In this document: positions 27,986 to 40,857 of the stretch, one piece after another
Position numbering within the stretch: the stretch's first letter is position 1
Layout: every line of letters starts with the position of its first letter
Program-made: the position numbers and the translations under genes
Notes under the pieces: model-generated
The model's input: the letters and a program-made list of their open reading frames with translations, nothing else
Databases searched by the model: none
Told to the model about the DNA's origin: nothing
DNA from: Octopus sinensis
Taxonomy: Eukaryota
Reading direction: 5' to 3'
Assembly (NCBI RefSeq): GCF_006345805.1
Contig: NC_042999.1
Location: 33,418,001-33,482,000 of the forward strand
Length of the DNA: 64,000 bases

Positions 27986-28270
27986 AAAAAACATGGGCTT
28001 AAACATTATTTTCGATGATGATATAACTAAAGTAAATTTTGTGGATATTACCCTAAACTTATCTAATGATTCATATTTCCTATGCCATAAGCCCTCAACT
28101 AATTAATATATTAGCTCTTTCAGTAATCATCCAAATGCTATTACAAGAAACCTTGTGAGAAATATTTTACTTTGTCTTTCTAGATTATCTGCAAATGTTT
28201 ATATATTCAACGATAAAGCCGAATTATTTAACTCTGCCTTACTTAAAGCAAGCTATAAAGGAAAAAAGTA
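27985..28270 (+). mobile_element. Penelope-like RT thumb fragment (tentatively Naiad-like)
   Basis: KNMGLNII..KVNFVDITLNL..HKP...SNHPNAITRNL..RLSAN..FN..A..FNSALLKASYK. Confidence 0.75.
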
Positions 28271-28999
28271 CCTATATTAACCCTATTGACATATATTCTG
28301 CCTCTATTAATCAGGGCATAAAAACGGTAATTACAATATAAATGTTACTTCGAATAACAACAATAAATCGAAAAATGTAATTTTGCAAAGGAGATAACCG
28401 TTCTTAACATCCTTTTAGCCATAATGAAAATAACTGTCTTCTTACATTTCATTTCATTTCCACTTCATATATCTATTTCCACACTTTTAAACTTTATTCC
28501 CGCTCATCTATCACACTATATTTTTCCACTCTTAATTTTCTGTTGGTTTCTTGCATTCTTCTCATCCTCTTCCTCCAAATTACCTTTGACGTTAAATCTA
28601 TTAACGGTTTTTAAAAATAAATTGTTTGCGTTCCCATTTATTATATACGCGGTAATCACATTCGATTAAAACGGCTTATTGATGTTTTGTTTCTCTTTTT
28701 TTCTATGACGAGATGACTACATTGTTTTACATCATTTTCATTCCCTCCAGAATAATCTCAATGCTTTCTTCGAAACTTATATTGGAAGTATAAATGATCT
28801 GAATAACACATGCGTTTTACTCCATTTCTTACATTATCCTTGTTATACAAAATCATTTCACTTAACCGTGCAATTTCTACCTTTATAAGTAGACTGAAAT
28901 ATCATTGGCACTTACGTGAATTATTGCAACCCTGGTACTATGTATTGATTTTTACGTGTTTTTTGAAAAACTACACACACACACACAAACACAGATATA

Positions 29000-29064
<65 letters not shown>

Positions 29065-29071
<7 letters not shown>

Positions 29072-29402
29072 ATAATTATACATATAATTATAACAAGGGA
29101 TTGAATTTATGCCTCTCCACTTGCTGAAAAAGACGCCAAGTGACGTCAATACCATCTTAAAAACTCCAAAATACACTGGCTGTAGTCGAGCAGAAGAAAG
29201 ATTATGAATTGAACTTTTGGTTAAATGTGTACAAGATTTCGTTTGAAACATAATGTAAAGAATGATACCTGCTGCTATCTTCAGCACTGCTATTCCGTAG
29301 TATAAATTATAAATTTGCCAGTATTTACACATAGGTATAGGAGTAGCGCAGAGAGGCATAATGCCAATCCTTTGTTATAATTGTGTATATTATTGTTATA
29401 AT
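29065..29402. mobile_element. MITE-like element with ~50-bp imperfect TIRs
   Basis: aattataacaagggattgaatttatgcctctc (29086-29117) versus the reverse complement of gagaggcataatgccaatcctttgttataatt (29351-29382). Confidence 0.6.
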
Positions 29403-30948
29403 ACGCACACACATATTTATGTTTTAGAGGCACATTTTTGTCGGGCACTATATGCATACGTTGGGAGTGATTGTATAATCTAACGGCAGAGAGGTGGGAG
29501 CAATCACTATCTTGCTAGTATTTTATCACTACATGAACTATCACCTGTTCGCTTCATTCTCTGCATTTAATACGACTTAACATTGTTGCACAGCTGTAAC
29601 ACAACAGTATCTACCAACAATTATTACGTAATAGAAATCGGTAGTTAATTTCTTAATTTCCCTTTTACTGTATGGTATAGTTTGCCTCTGAATAGGTTTT
29701 CCGTGCATTCCAGAGAAGAAAATTGCTTCACATTATAATAATAATAATTTTATTAACTTCTCGTTGTAAATACGCACACATTCGTTAATAAACATTTCAT
29801 TGCATTGTGAGATGTAAGAATCAATAGACTGATTTGGACGTGATCAACTCAGTAGCTTCCTGATCTCAATTCTCTTTAGGCAAAACAAATTTACATAACA
29901 ATGCGTTAATGAATCTCCGACAAATACTACTGCATTGATCATAATGTTAATTAATTAATATATTTGCCTTATATATTTATATTTAATTATACTTTCTTTG
30001 AAGTGCTTCATTATTTAGGTATCGGAAGCTTAGTGACGTGCATGTAAATTTAAAGGTTGGTCAAGAGATATGAAAAGAGTTATCTCATGTGTTGTTTACA
30101 AATATATGACTTTTTCAAGACTTTAAGTGTATTCACTGTTGTATGAGTTTTCTAATATCAATCAGCGTTGCATTCATACGTTACTTCGAAGTTAAAAGGA
30201 AGCAGGAAGCAAAAACGACATAAATTCAGTTATTTCATTTCAACGAGAACGGAAATGCGCGTATCATCGGCACTTGCAAGCGACTATATTTTGTTAACAC
30301 GTAATATGGTTTCCCGTAAATGATTGAGGTGCCGATTCATTTCCTACTCTTCAGCCCGTGTGACACGCACGATGTGACAGTCGGCGAAATGAAGGATTGT
30401 ACTAGAAGTAGGTTGTGACTTATTTTCAATTAAATAGACCGGATAAACAATATTTTTCTTCCAAGAAGCGACTGTTTTTGGTACGAATCTGTAGACCATT
30501 GAGTAACTAGTGTTTTAGATATAAAGTATGAGTAACTATTGTAATAACGCTGCAGGGCATGATACCATACATTTAGCACTTATCAAAATTCAGTTTGGAG
30601 AAATGTTTAGCTTGGAACTATTAGCATTTCATGTATTCACACAAGTTTCATGAACTGATACTTAGACTATAAACACAGATATACGCAAACACACGCAAGC
30701 GCGCGTATATACACACACGTACCCATGCACACACATATACTCACATATGCAACACAAACATATCCACATAATTGGCACGCCAGTAGAATATCACATAAAT
30801 ATGGATAAAATGCAGATTATAAACAATAAGTGAAATAGAGATAAAGTTGATATTATAATTTATTTATTTACATTGTTATATAACATAATATGCTACGAAT
30901 GTAACATGTGTTATAACACTTTTTTTAAATCATTAAAACAACCAAAAG

Positions 30949-31028
30949 AGCCAACAATTTGTTTCGACTTACATGCATTATTCGATTTATAAAGAATTCA
31001 GTTCATTTATATAAGTCTCATCAGAGCT
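30949..31028 (-). ncRNA. Type I hammerhead ribozyme with intact core and long stem II
   Basis: Minus strand AGCT-CTGATGA-GACTTATAT...ATGTAAGTC-GAAA-CAAATTG-TT-GGCT: 9-bp stem II with canonical G10.1-C11.1, near-palindromic stem III, GUU triplet. Confidence 0.8.
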
Positions 31029-31144
31029 ATGGTTTAAAGATAGATGGAATTTAGTGGCCTAGAAAAGTTTACTGAAGCAAAATTTATAAGCAACTTTTGT
31101 AAGAAACAATATGAAGCAAATAATGCCATTAAATCAGATACCAA

Positions 31145-33055
31145 CATTACCATCAAGGAGCTTGACGCACAAGAATGCCATTAATTAACTGGTGATAAAC
31201 GAGGGAGATGGCATAGAACATGCTACTATGCAGAAAAATTAAGAAAGGAGTATTACAAGAGATTAATGCTAATACAAAAAAACTGAACTCAACTTCAAAT
31301 ATAGCATCGAAGCCATTAACACCCTGGCACTTCCAGTATTCCAATACTGTTTTAACATCATTAAGTGCAATTTTTCAGAGATCCAACTCCTTAACAGGAA
31401 CACAGGAAAAATAATTAAACCATCTAAAACATATAACACCCAAAAGCAGACGTAGATCGTCTGTACATACCTAGACGTAATGGATGAACAAGAATGATGT
31501 GGTTAGAAATGTGCTATAAGATTACTAGCAATGAACAAGTAGTTATCTAGTACAGAGAACTGGATGCTGCGGCTTGTGAGCAAACCCTAAAGCAGCAAAA
31601 AAAATCAAATACTATTGTCAAGGAAGCTAGCATATTCATAAGGAACGTAGCATTAACCCTGAATTAGATAAAGGACCTGATACCCCTACTACCAAACAGG
31701 CAAAACTGATCAAACAGACTGCAAAAACGAACGGGCAGAAACAAGTTGGGGAGCAGCGGAGCCAGAAACCTCTGCATGGAAAGCATATATTTCGAAACTG
31801 AAATGCTGGCGTAGACCAAGCAACAATTTATCAGAAGCTCAGAAGTTCAGGACTGAAAGACACTAAAGGTTCCATATTGGTGTCACAATATCAAAGCTTA
31901 CTTCCCAAAAAGTACCAGGCTAACGTTTCTCAATCCCGTTCTGAGCTTAAATGCAGATTTTGCGTTACATTTGACGAAACAATGGCCCACCCCATCATGG
32001 GATGACCTGTGCTGACATCAAAGGAATACAAAATTTTCCACCATATGGTAGGGCAGTATTTGCATTGGATAATATGTAAACACTACAAAATCAGCATTCT
32101 TGCTTACTGGTATTAACATCAACAATGCGGCGAGCTGGCAGAAACGTTAATACGTCAGGCGAAATGCTTAGCGGTATTTCGTCTGCCGTTACATTCTGAG
32201 TTCAAATTCCGCCGAGGTCGACATTGCCTTTCGATTAAATAAGTACCAGTTACTCACTGGGTTCGGTATAATCGACTTAATTCGTTTGTCTGCACTTCTT
32301 TGTCCTCTCTGCGTTTAGCCCCTTGTGGGTAGTAAACAAATAAGTATTTCGTCTACCGCTACGTTCTGAGTAAAAATTCCGCCGAGGTCAACTTTGCATT
32401 TCATCCTTTCGGGGTCGATTAAATAAGTACCAGTTACGAACTGGGTTCGGTATAATCGACTTAATCCGTTTGTCTGTCCTTGTTTGTCCCCTGTGTTTTG
32501 GCCCTTGTGGGTAGTAAAAAAATAGGTATTAACATCATCCTGTGTCAGTCGTTGAATGTAAAAAATGTTACTATCCCATGGGATTTTCCACTCATCACCG
32601 ACAGAATGATCCAAGCTACTCGACCAGACATATTCATTAAAACGGGGAAGACTAATAGATATTTCTGCTGATAAAAATATAACTGTAAAGGAATTTAACA
32701 GATTAAGTTAATACAAGGACCTGAAAATTGAGATACAAAGATGTGGCATCTTAAAGCGAGAACGGTCACTGTTATTGTGCCCAATGTATGATAAGAAAGT
32801 GATGTCAGAAACATCTAGATATTATCCCAGGAGATCCATGTTTCAGAAAAATCCAAAAGATTGTGCTGATAATTACAACCCATATCCATAGAAATATCTT
32901 ATCAATTTAAATGTAGCTGTTGTATTACATGAACATATGTCACTTCTGCTCCTACCACCTCTCCTCCCCATGCTCTCAGTCAAACTGTAACACCTCTTAG
33001 GAGGCTAGGTGTGTTTCGGCAGGTGATTGTAACAAACATGCAGATAAAAATTAAA
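31145..33055 (+). mobile_element. Old, 5'-truncated R4/Dong element interrupted by a SINE
   Basis: Decayed IKELD..EKIKKG, KADVDRLYIPR, KPLHGK, KCRFC, NVTIPWDFP..RPDI, YKDLKIEIQ, FRKIQKIVL; many stops. Confidence 0.88.
32127..32530 (+). mobile_element. SINE family B with two internal units and a 13-bp TSD
   Basis: GCGGCGAGCTGGCAGAAACG head; GGTATTAACATCA at both 32109-32121 and 32525-32537. Confidence 0.9.
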
Positions 33056-33081
33056 AAAGAAGGAATAAAAGAAGGAGGAGG

Positions 33082-33094
33082 AGAAGAAGAAGAA

Positions 33095-33125
<31 letters not shown>

Positions 33126-33205
33126 AAGAAGAAGAAGAAGAAGAAGAAGAAGAAGAAGAAGAAGAAGAAGAAGAAGAAGAAGAAGAAGAAGAAGAAGAAG
33201 AAGAA
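33082..33205. repeat. (GAA)n microsatellite
   Basis: Direct reading. Confidence 0.97.
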
Positions 33206-33329
33206 ACTCTTCCGCCCGAAGAGATGCTAAGCGGTGCACGAAAAACTAGCAGCTCAATGAATGAGTGTGTCCAGAAAGGTACATCCCCCGCGTGGATGGT
33301 GACTGGGAGGACAACACTTTTAATGAAAA

Positions 33330-34041
33330 TAGAAGAAAGGGGAATATTGTGGGAAACAACCGTCCCATAGCATGCCTAGACATAATCTGGAAGACACTTA
33401 CTGTAATGTGTGAGGTAAAGGCATGAACTTTCCTAGCACAGTAAGAAATAATACCAAGGAAATAGAAAGGATGTAGGAAGCGTTCTCAGATTATCATTAA
33501 TCACCTGGGCATCGATAAAACGGTTTTAACGCATTATGAAAAAACATCAAACAAACATTCTATAGTTTGCCTTGTCTGTAAGAAGGCATATGATATGATG
33601 CCTCATTGTTGGATCGCTATATGCCTACAGAGGATTGATGTTGCTGATGACATCACAAATTTTGTGATGCATAATCTTCATTGATAAAGAAAACAAACTA
33701 TGCTGGATATAACATGCCCAGCTGACAACAAGGTAAGTAAAAACGAAAATTCGAGAGATATGACAGGTTAGCTTAGGAAGTTCAGCAGTTGTGGTCAATG
33801 AAAAAGGTAGTTGTAGTACCAATAATTGTCGGATCTATGGGAACAGTGAGCAAAAAACTCGAGATGTACGTGGAACAAATAGGGGTTGTAATAAGGGTGG
33901 AGCTCTTGCAGAAAACAACACTGCTTGGAATCGCTCGAATACTCCGGAAGGTGCTCGAAAAATAAGAGGTGTTACCTTAGTTCCCTAGTACTGAACAGCC
34001 AACACTGTAATACATCCCCAGCGTTAGAACCTGTGCAAAGT
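33330..34041 (+). mobile_element. Internally deleted R4/Dong element (RT N-half joined to the REL end)
   Basis: NNRPIACL..WKTLT, KKAYDMMPHCWI, then a jump to QLWSMKKVVVVPIIVGSMG..QKTTLLGIARILRKVLE; followed by (TAA)n. Confidence 0.82.
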
Positions 34042-35429
<1,388 letters not shown>

Positions 35430-35468
<39 letters not shown>

Positions 35469-35502
35469 TAATAATAATAATAATAATAATGATAATAATA
35501 AC

Positions 35503-35557
<55 letters not shown>

Positions 35558-35577
35558 TAATAATAATAATAATAATA
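35430..35577. repeat. (TAA)n microsatellite
   Basis: Direct reading. Confidence 0.97.
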
Positions 35578-36409
35578 CAGAACAACCCTTCAAAATAAGT
35601 TGAGAAAATTTACAAATTTACATATCTACAGTTTTCAATCATACATTCGACCAGCTTTAAAAACTTTGATACCTACAATTGCCTCTGTAAACATCCTTTT
35701 TTTTTCTTCTCTCTAAAAACATCACGCTTTTCTTTTTGTGGACTTACAAAACCCTAAAACTTTCTATGAAAATCTGATTTTCTTTGCTTCTTCCCTGAAT
35801 ATTCAAATATAAATGTAAACATACTTTTTATTGTAAAAACACACCTGTTCTTCTAACTGGACATACAAACATCTCTAGAAAAGTCAACTTCAACCTCCAC
35901 AATATTACCTTACACGAAATATACAAACACTTTTTATTGCAATAACACAAACGCACATGGAAAAAAAATTGATGATGCTAAGATTCTCTCTGGTCGAACA
36001 CAACTTCTCTATTCACAAACAATACAGAACAGCCCTTCCTTAATTTTTCTTAAGCCTAATAGTAGTAAACATCTGAACTTTTTTTGACCGATAGGACCCC
36101 GCCTAAAACAAAATATATCACTGATGGTGATGGTGATGATAATAATGATAGTAATAGTGCTGATAATCTATCTATCTATCTACACACACACACACACACA
36201 CACTCAAAGAGTTCAACCAACACAAACCTCACCTCGGCTCTATTGTTAACCAAGTATGAAAGTATTATTTGACAGGCAAGAACTCTGGCGTTGAAGACAG
36301 TCAGCCAGCCAACCACCAAGCCAGCCAACGAGACAGACAGACACTACTGTGATGGTGATAATGATAAAAAAACAAAAATAACAATAAAATACTGCTGTGA
36401 CTACACAAT

Positions 36410-36516
36410 ATCATTGATGATGATGGTGGTGATGGTGATGGTGATGATGATAATGATGATGGTAATGGTGGTGATAATGATGATAGTGATAATAATGGTG
36501 ATGATAATAATAATAA
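36410..36516. repeat. (GAT)/(GGT)/(TAA) compound microsatellite upstream of the long Dong copy
   Basis: Direct reading. Confidence 0.9.
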
Positions 36517-36625
36517 ACCGACTACGGCTGCTATAATGGTACGATTATAATTGTAACGACAATGATGGCCGTCTCCCCACGAGCCAATCAAAGCTAAAAA
36601 ATGTTAACATTATCGTAGCACCAAC

Positions 36626-37675
36626 ATGTTTTTGGAAACTAAAAGGAAAACTAAATCAGTATACCAAATCGCTTGTCCTATGGTTAATCTGGAAGCGCGT
36701 CACCCAGGGAAGAGCCAGCCTGGGATCGAAAAGTCATCAACTGGCACAAACTCTTCTCCGAATACGGACATGGATGGTCACTTGAATGGGAAATCCCCCA
36801 ACTCGAGCCCTCCAGGTTCACCACCACAACCACCACAGAAAGAAAAATGTAAGCGGAACAAATGGACCCGAGAAGAGTATAAAGAAGTAATATACGCTTA
36901 TTACTATGCATTAGGTAGGCCATCTCAAGAGAGACACACCGCAAACTCTTACAGTATATGGAGAACACGGAATCAAGACAGTAGGCCCTATTTGGACGAG
37001 AACAAATTAGCAAATGTGAGGAGGGATATCCTTAGACATAACAGACTCACAGACAGTGAAATAAGCGCGATCAAGCACGCAACGGAAAATGACATAAATA
37101 TAAGACACAAAGGAAATGAAGAATCAGATGAACAGTATAGCCCGCCACGAGGCTTAATTGAAAGACTGCCATCTGGCCAAAGTACGCAAAGGCCTGAAGA
37201 TACAAGAAATTATATTGTACCTGTTAAAGATAGCCAGGAAAACGAAAAAACAACAGTAACTGAAGATCTCGCATTTGCTGAAGAACACAGAGAGTCTATG
37301 GCAGAAATGAGGCAGAAAATCCTGAATACGCTTGAAGTCGTAAGACATACAAGTATGAATGATAGAGAACCACTTCATAAACTCTCAAATACAAACCAAA
37401 ATAAAAAACAAATCCAAATTGGCAACTATGTAACAAATGAAATAATACGAGAATTAAAACCTGATTTTACTGAGTTAAATGAAATTATTTACGCTTCTGC
37501 TAGGGCAATTGAAACCAGCTGTATGCCCCCGAAAAAACAAAGAAAACAAAACCTGGGAAGAAATCAAACCTGGAGAAGTAAAATTGAAAAAGAGATTGAA
37601 TTTATGAGAGGGGAAATATCAATATTAAATGAACTAATGTGTGGAAATGATGTAAGATCCAGAACAGGAAGATGA
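36626..37675 (+). CDS. N-terminal part of the Dong protein (Myb-like KWTREE motif)
   Basis: 349-aa open frame with KRNKWTREEYKEVIYAYYY, LANVRRDIL, ELNEIIYASA, WRSKIEKEI; separated from the RT frame by one frameshift. Confidence 0.8.
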   Translation: MFLETKRKTKSVYQIACPMVNLEARHPGKSQPGIEKSSTGTNSSPNTDMDGHLNGKSPNSSPPGSPPQPPQKEKCKRNKWTREEYKEVIYAYYYALGRPSQERHTANSYSIWRTRNQDSRPYLDENKLANVRRDILRHNRLTDSEISAIKHATENDINIRHKGNEESDEQYSPPRGLIERLPSGQSTQRPEDTRNYIVPVKDSQENEKTTVTEDLAFAEEHRESMAEMRQKILNTLEVVRHTSMNDREPLHKLSNTNQNKKQIQIGNYVTNEIIRELKPDFTELNEIIYASARAIETSCMPPKKQRKQNLGRNQTWRSKIEKEIEFMRGEISILNELMCGNDVRSRTGR

Positions 37676-40311
37676 AGAGGAAATTTGGATCCTCACCAAG
37701 AGAAGAACTGATATCAATAAAAGAAACGCTGAAACAAAAAGTCCAAGCAAAAGCCCAAAGAATAGGAAGATTTGAGAAGAGAAACAAGTTTTACAAGCAA
37801 AATAAGCTGTTCACATCCAATGCCAACAAATTCTACAGAGAAATAGGGAAGGAGAAAGTAACCGTTAAAGACCCCCCTCCCATGGAAGAAGTTCAAAACT
37901 TTTGGAAAAGGATTTGGAGTGACAAGAAGACGTACAACATAAATGCAGACTGGATTATACAAACTGAAGGATCCTACCAAAATTTACAACAACAAGCATG
38001 GGAAGACATCACAATAGCAGACCTAAGAAAGGCACTCACGAAGGCCCATAATTGGAAATCCCCCGGTAAAGATAAGGTGCCGAATTTCTGGCTCGCATCG
38101 CTCCCATGCGCACACGGTAAGCTAGTTCAGCTGCTCAATGGAATTATGAGAGACCCAAAGAAAACACCTGAATGGTTAACAAGTGGCATTACTTACCTAC
38201 TCCCAAAGAATAACGAAACCAACCTTCCAAAAAACTATCGGCCTATAACCTGTCTATCCACCACGTATAAAATCCTAACATCTATCCTGGCGGAGAAAAC
38301 ATATGCATTCATGGAGAAGAACGATATTTTCCCCATTGAACAAAAAGGGTGCAGCCGAGGCTCTTACGGATGCAAAGATCAACTGCTAATCAATCGTATG
38401 ATCCTTGAGAACTGTCACAACAAGCGCACAAATCTCAGCATCGCATGGATTGACTATAAAAAGGCCTTCGACAGTATACCGCATCCATGGATCTTGAGAT
38501 CGCTGGACATCTTCAAAATTCCCCCTGTGATTTCAAACTTCCTGAAGCACAATATGTCGTTGTGGAATACGAATCTCCAATTATACCACTCTAATGGAGT
38601 ACTTGCCTCAGAAAATATAAACATCAACCGTGGAATTTTTCAAGGTGACTCACTTTCACCTATAATATTCTGCATAGCCCTAATACCCCTTACAAGTGAA
38701 TTAAACAGAACAGGGTATGGGTATAAAATTGCCAATAAAAAAATAAGCCATCTATTTTATATGGATGACTTAAAACTTTATGGTAAAGACAATAATGAAC
38801 TTGAAGGCCTATTGCGCACCATGAAAGCATTCAGCGATGACATCGGGATGGAGTTTGGACTTGAGAAGTGTGCCAAGGCCACTTTCCAGAAAGGGAAAGT
38901 GAAGACACCAAATTCAGTCGTGTTAGATGTTGACACAGTCATAAGAGAGCTTGAGCAAGAACAAACATACAAATATTTAGGGATACATGAAGGCTCTGGT
39001 ATTCATCATGCAAGCATGAAAGAGAAGATCAGGAAGGAATGTTATAGGAGAGTTCGTGCAGTCCTGAAATCTGAACTAAATGCACGTAACAAGGTGTTAG
39101 CTATAAATTCCTTAGCAGTTCCAGTTGTTACTTATAGCTACAATGTGTTGAACTGGAATATGAGTGAAGTAAAGAATATAGATAGGAAAATACGCAAGCT
39201 GCTGAGTTGTAATAGGATGCACCACCCAAAGGCAGACGTAGATCGCCTTTACCTTCCCAGAGCCCAAGGAGGTCGAGGCTTGATCCAATTTGAACTAGCT
39301 TACGAATCAACCACAATTGGACTGGCCAAATATCTCGAAATATCGAATGACTGGATGCTAAAGCTCGTGGAAAATCACGAGAGAGGAAAGAAGCTTCATT
39401 CTATCATAAAGGAAAGCAACAAATTTGCTATTGATCTCGTGCAGGATACCCAAACTGAACAACCCGAGGGAAGTACGGCAACTATTGTTGCAAAGAAGGT
39501 GAAAATGATGGCAGAGAAAAAAGCGCACGTGCAATTGGCTGATAGGTGGGAGGAGGAACCTATGCACGGCAAATATGTGACCCGCAGCAAACAAGCTGAT
39601 GTTGACCAGAAGCAAACCCATCAGTGGCTACGGAGCTCAGAGCTAAAAGCAGAGAGCGAAGGTTTCATCCTGGCTGCTCAAGATGAAAGCCTATTAACCC
39701 GGAACTACCAGGCCAATGTGATGAAAAATGGAGCAGACCGAAAATGCCGATTCTGCAACGACATGATTGAAACAGTGGACCACCTAATCTCTGGAAGTAA
39801 AGTATTAGCACCAGTGGAGTATAATTTAAGACATGACAGAGTTGGCCAATATCTACACTGGCTAATAAGTCGGCATTACAATATCAAAACTGCCGACAAG
39901 TGGTATAATCACCACCCTGAGGCTGTAACTGAAGGAGAAAATGTAACCATTCTGTGGGACTTTCCAGTGCATACAGACCGAACCATCAAGGCCAATAAAC
40001 CAGATATTGTTGTGAAAGACCAAAACAATAAAGTTTGCTTATTGATCGACATGAGCATCCCCTGTGATCATAATATCTCAGCGAAAGAGTTTGACAAGCT
40101 CATAAAATATAAAGACCTACTCATTGAAATTGAGAAAATGTGGCATCTCAAGGCGGGTACAATACCAGTGATCGTAGGAGCACTAGGAATGATCAAGAAG
40201 GGAACCGAAAATTATATGAGAATGATCCCTGGCTTACCATTCCTGCAAGAAGTGCAAAAGATTGTCTTAACTGGTACATCACACGTATTGAGAAGAGCAT
40301 TGTCGATGTGA
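37672..40311 (+). CDS. RT-zinc knuckle-REL endonuclease polyprotein (879 aa)
   Basis: WKSPGKDKVPNFW, YRPITCL, WIDYKKAFDS, GIFQGDSLSP, YMDD, YKYLG, CRFCx7HLISGS (last Cys changed to Ser), RHD, KPDIV, IDMSIP, KYKDL. Confidence 0.93.
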   Translation: MKRKFGSSPREELISIKETLKQKVQAKAQRIGRFEKRNKFYKQNKLFTSNANKFYREIGKEKVTVKDPPPMEEVQNFWKRIWSDKKTYNINADWIIQTEGSYQNLQQQAWEDITIADLRKALTKAHNWKSPGKDKVPNFWLASLPCAHGKLVQLLNGIMRDPKKTPEWLTSGITYLLPKNNETNLPKNYRPITCLSTTYKILTSILAEKTYAFMEKNDIFPIEQKGCSRGSYGCKDQLLINRMILENCHNKRTNLSIAWIDYKKAFDSIPHPWILRSLDIFKIPPVISNFLKHNMSLWNTNLQLYHSNGVLASENININRGIFQGDSLSPIIFCIALIPLTSELNRTGYGYKIANKKISHLFYMDDLKLYGKDNNELEGLLRTMKAFSDDIGMEFGLEKCAKATFQKGKVKTPNSVVLDVDTVIRELEQEQTYKYLGIHEGSGIHHASMKEKIRKECYRRVRAVLKSELNARNKVLAINSLAVPVVTYSYNVLNWNMSEVKNIDRKIRKLLSCNRMHHPKADVDRLYLPRAQGGRGLIQFELAYESTTIGLAKYLEISNDWMLKLVENHERGKKLHSIIKESNKFAIDLVQDTQTEQPEGSTATIVAKKVKMMAEKKAHVQLADRWEEEPMHGKYVTRSKQADVDQKQTHQWLRSSELKAESEGFILAAQDESLLTRNYQANVMKNGADRKCRFCNDMIETVDHLISGSKVLAPVEYNLRHDRVGQYLHWLISRHYNIKTADKWYNHHPEAVTEGENVTILWDFPVHTDRTIKANKPDIVVKDQNNKVCLLIDMSIPCDHNISAKEFDKLIKYKDLLIEIEKMWHLKAGTIPVIVGALGMIKKGTENYMRMIPGLPFLQEVQKIVLTGTSHVLRRALSM

Positions 40312-40516
40312 GAACTGTTGCTGCTCATGTATTTTAATTTAACTTTAAAAAAAAAATGAACGAACTATTGAGTTTGGTTTAATGGCCTACCAATGTATAC
40401 TATGAGTTTCTTTGCCCTAGCAGTCGGGAAGACACTCGGCAAGAAATGGAAGCAAATTTGAAAGAAGAAAAAAAAAGTAATAATAATAATAATAATAATA
40501 ACAATAATAATAATAA

Positions 40517-40762
40517 ACAACCCTTATTCAGGGACCGTTTGAGCGGGATGGGCTACTCAACCTGAAGAAAATTCTAACTGGGCCCCACCTGCAAGGTCAT
40601 GTGCTGTTTATCTTGATATGAGATCACCATGTCGCGCACATATGGTTGGGATGCATGTGCCTGGTGTACCTTTATCAGAAGTGTTGTCATGATGGGTATA
40701 CTGGGCTTCGTATATTTTACCCCAGTGTCACTTTGATGGCATGAACTGCTCTCTCACTTAAT
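40517..40762 (+). mobile_element. Short unclassified repeat between two (TAA)n runs, probably the 3' end of another TAA-tailed retroelement
   Basis: ~245 bp of non-coding, GC-richer sequence bounded by TAA/CAA runs at 40478-40516 and 40763-40858. Confidence 0.5.
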
Positions 40763-40798
40763 GATAATAATAATAATAATAACAACAACAACAACAAC

Positions 40799-40857
<59 letters not shown>

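Larger units (their letters stand above)
36517..40477 (+). mobile_element. Near full-length R4/Dong-clade non-LTR retrotransposon (~3.96 kb)
   Basis: Starts after a short TAA run and ends at (TAA)n at 40478; encodes a Myb-like N-terminus, RT, zinc knuckle and restriction-like endonuclease. Confidence 0.93.

Noticed and set aside
28400-28660. Minus-strand GIY-YIG continuation of the 27985 Penelope fragment
   Set aside because: No clear motif recoverable.
30030-30430. CpG-richer patch with TGACGT and CGGAAAT motifs as a promoter
   Set aside because: Short motifs are expected by chance and there is no linked gene.
35590-36110. Possible L1/Tx1-type 3' remnant
   Set aside because: No intact zinc-knuckle or RT motif could be read.
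36520-36620. HDV-like ribozyme at the Dong 5' end (CGT-ctcccc-ACG-AGCC resembles P3/P1)
   Set aside because: No GG for P1.1 and no convincing P2 or P4, so the nested pseudoknot cannot be built.
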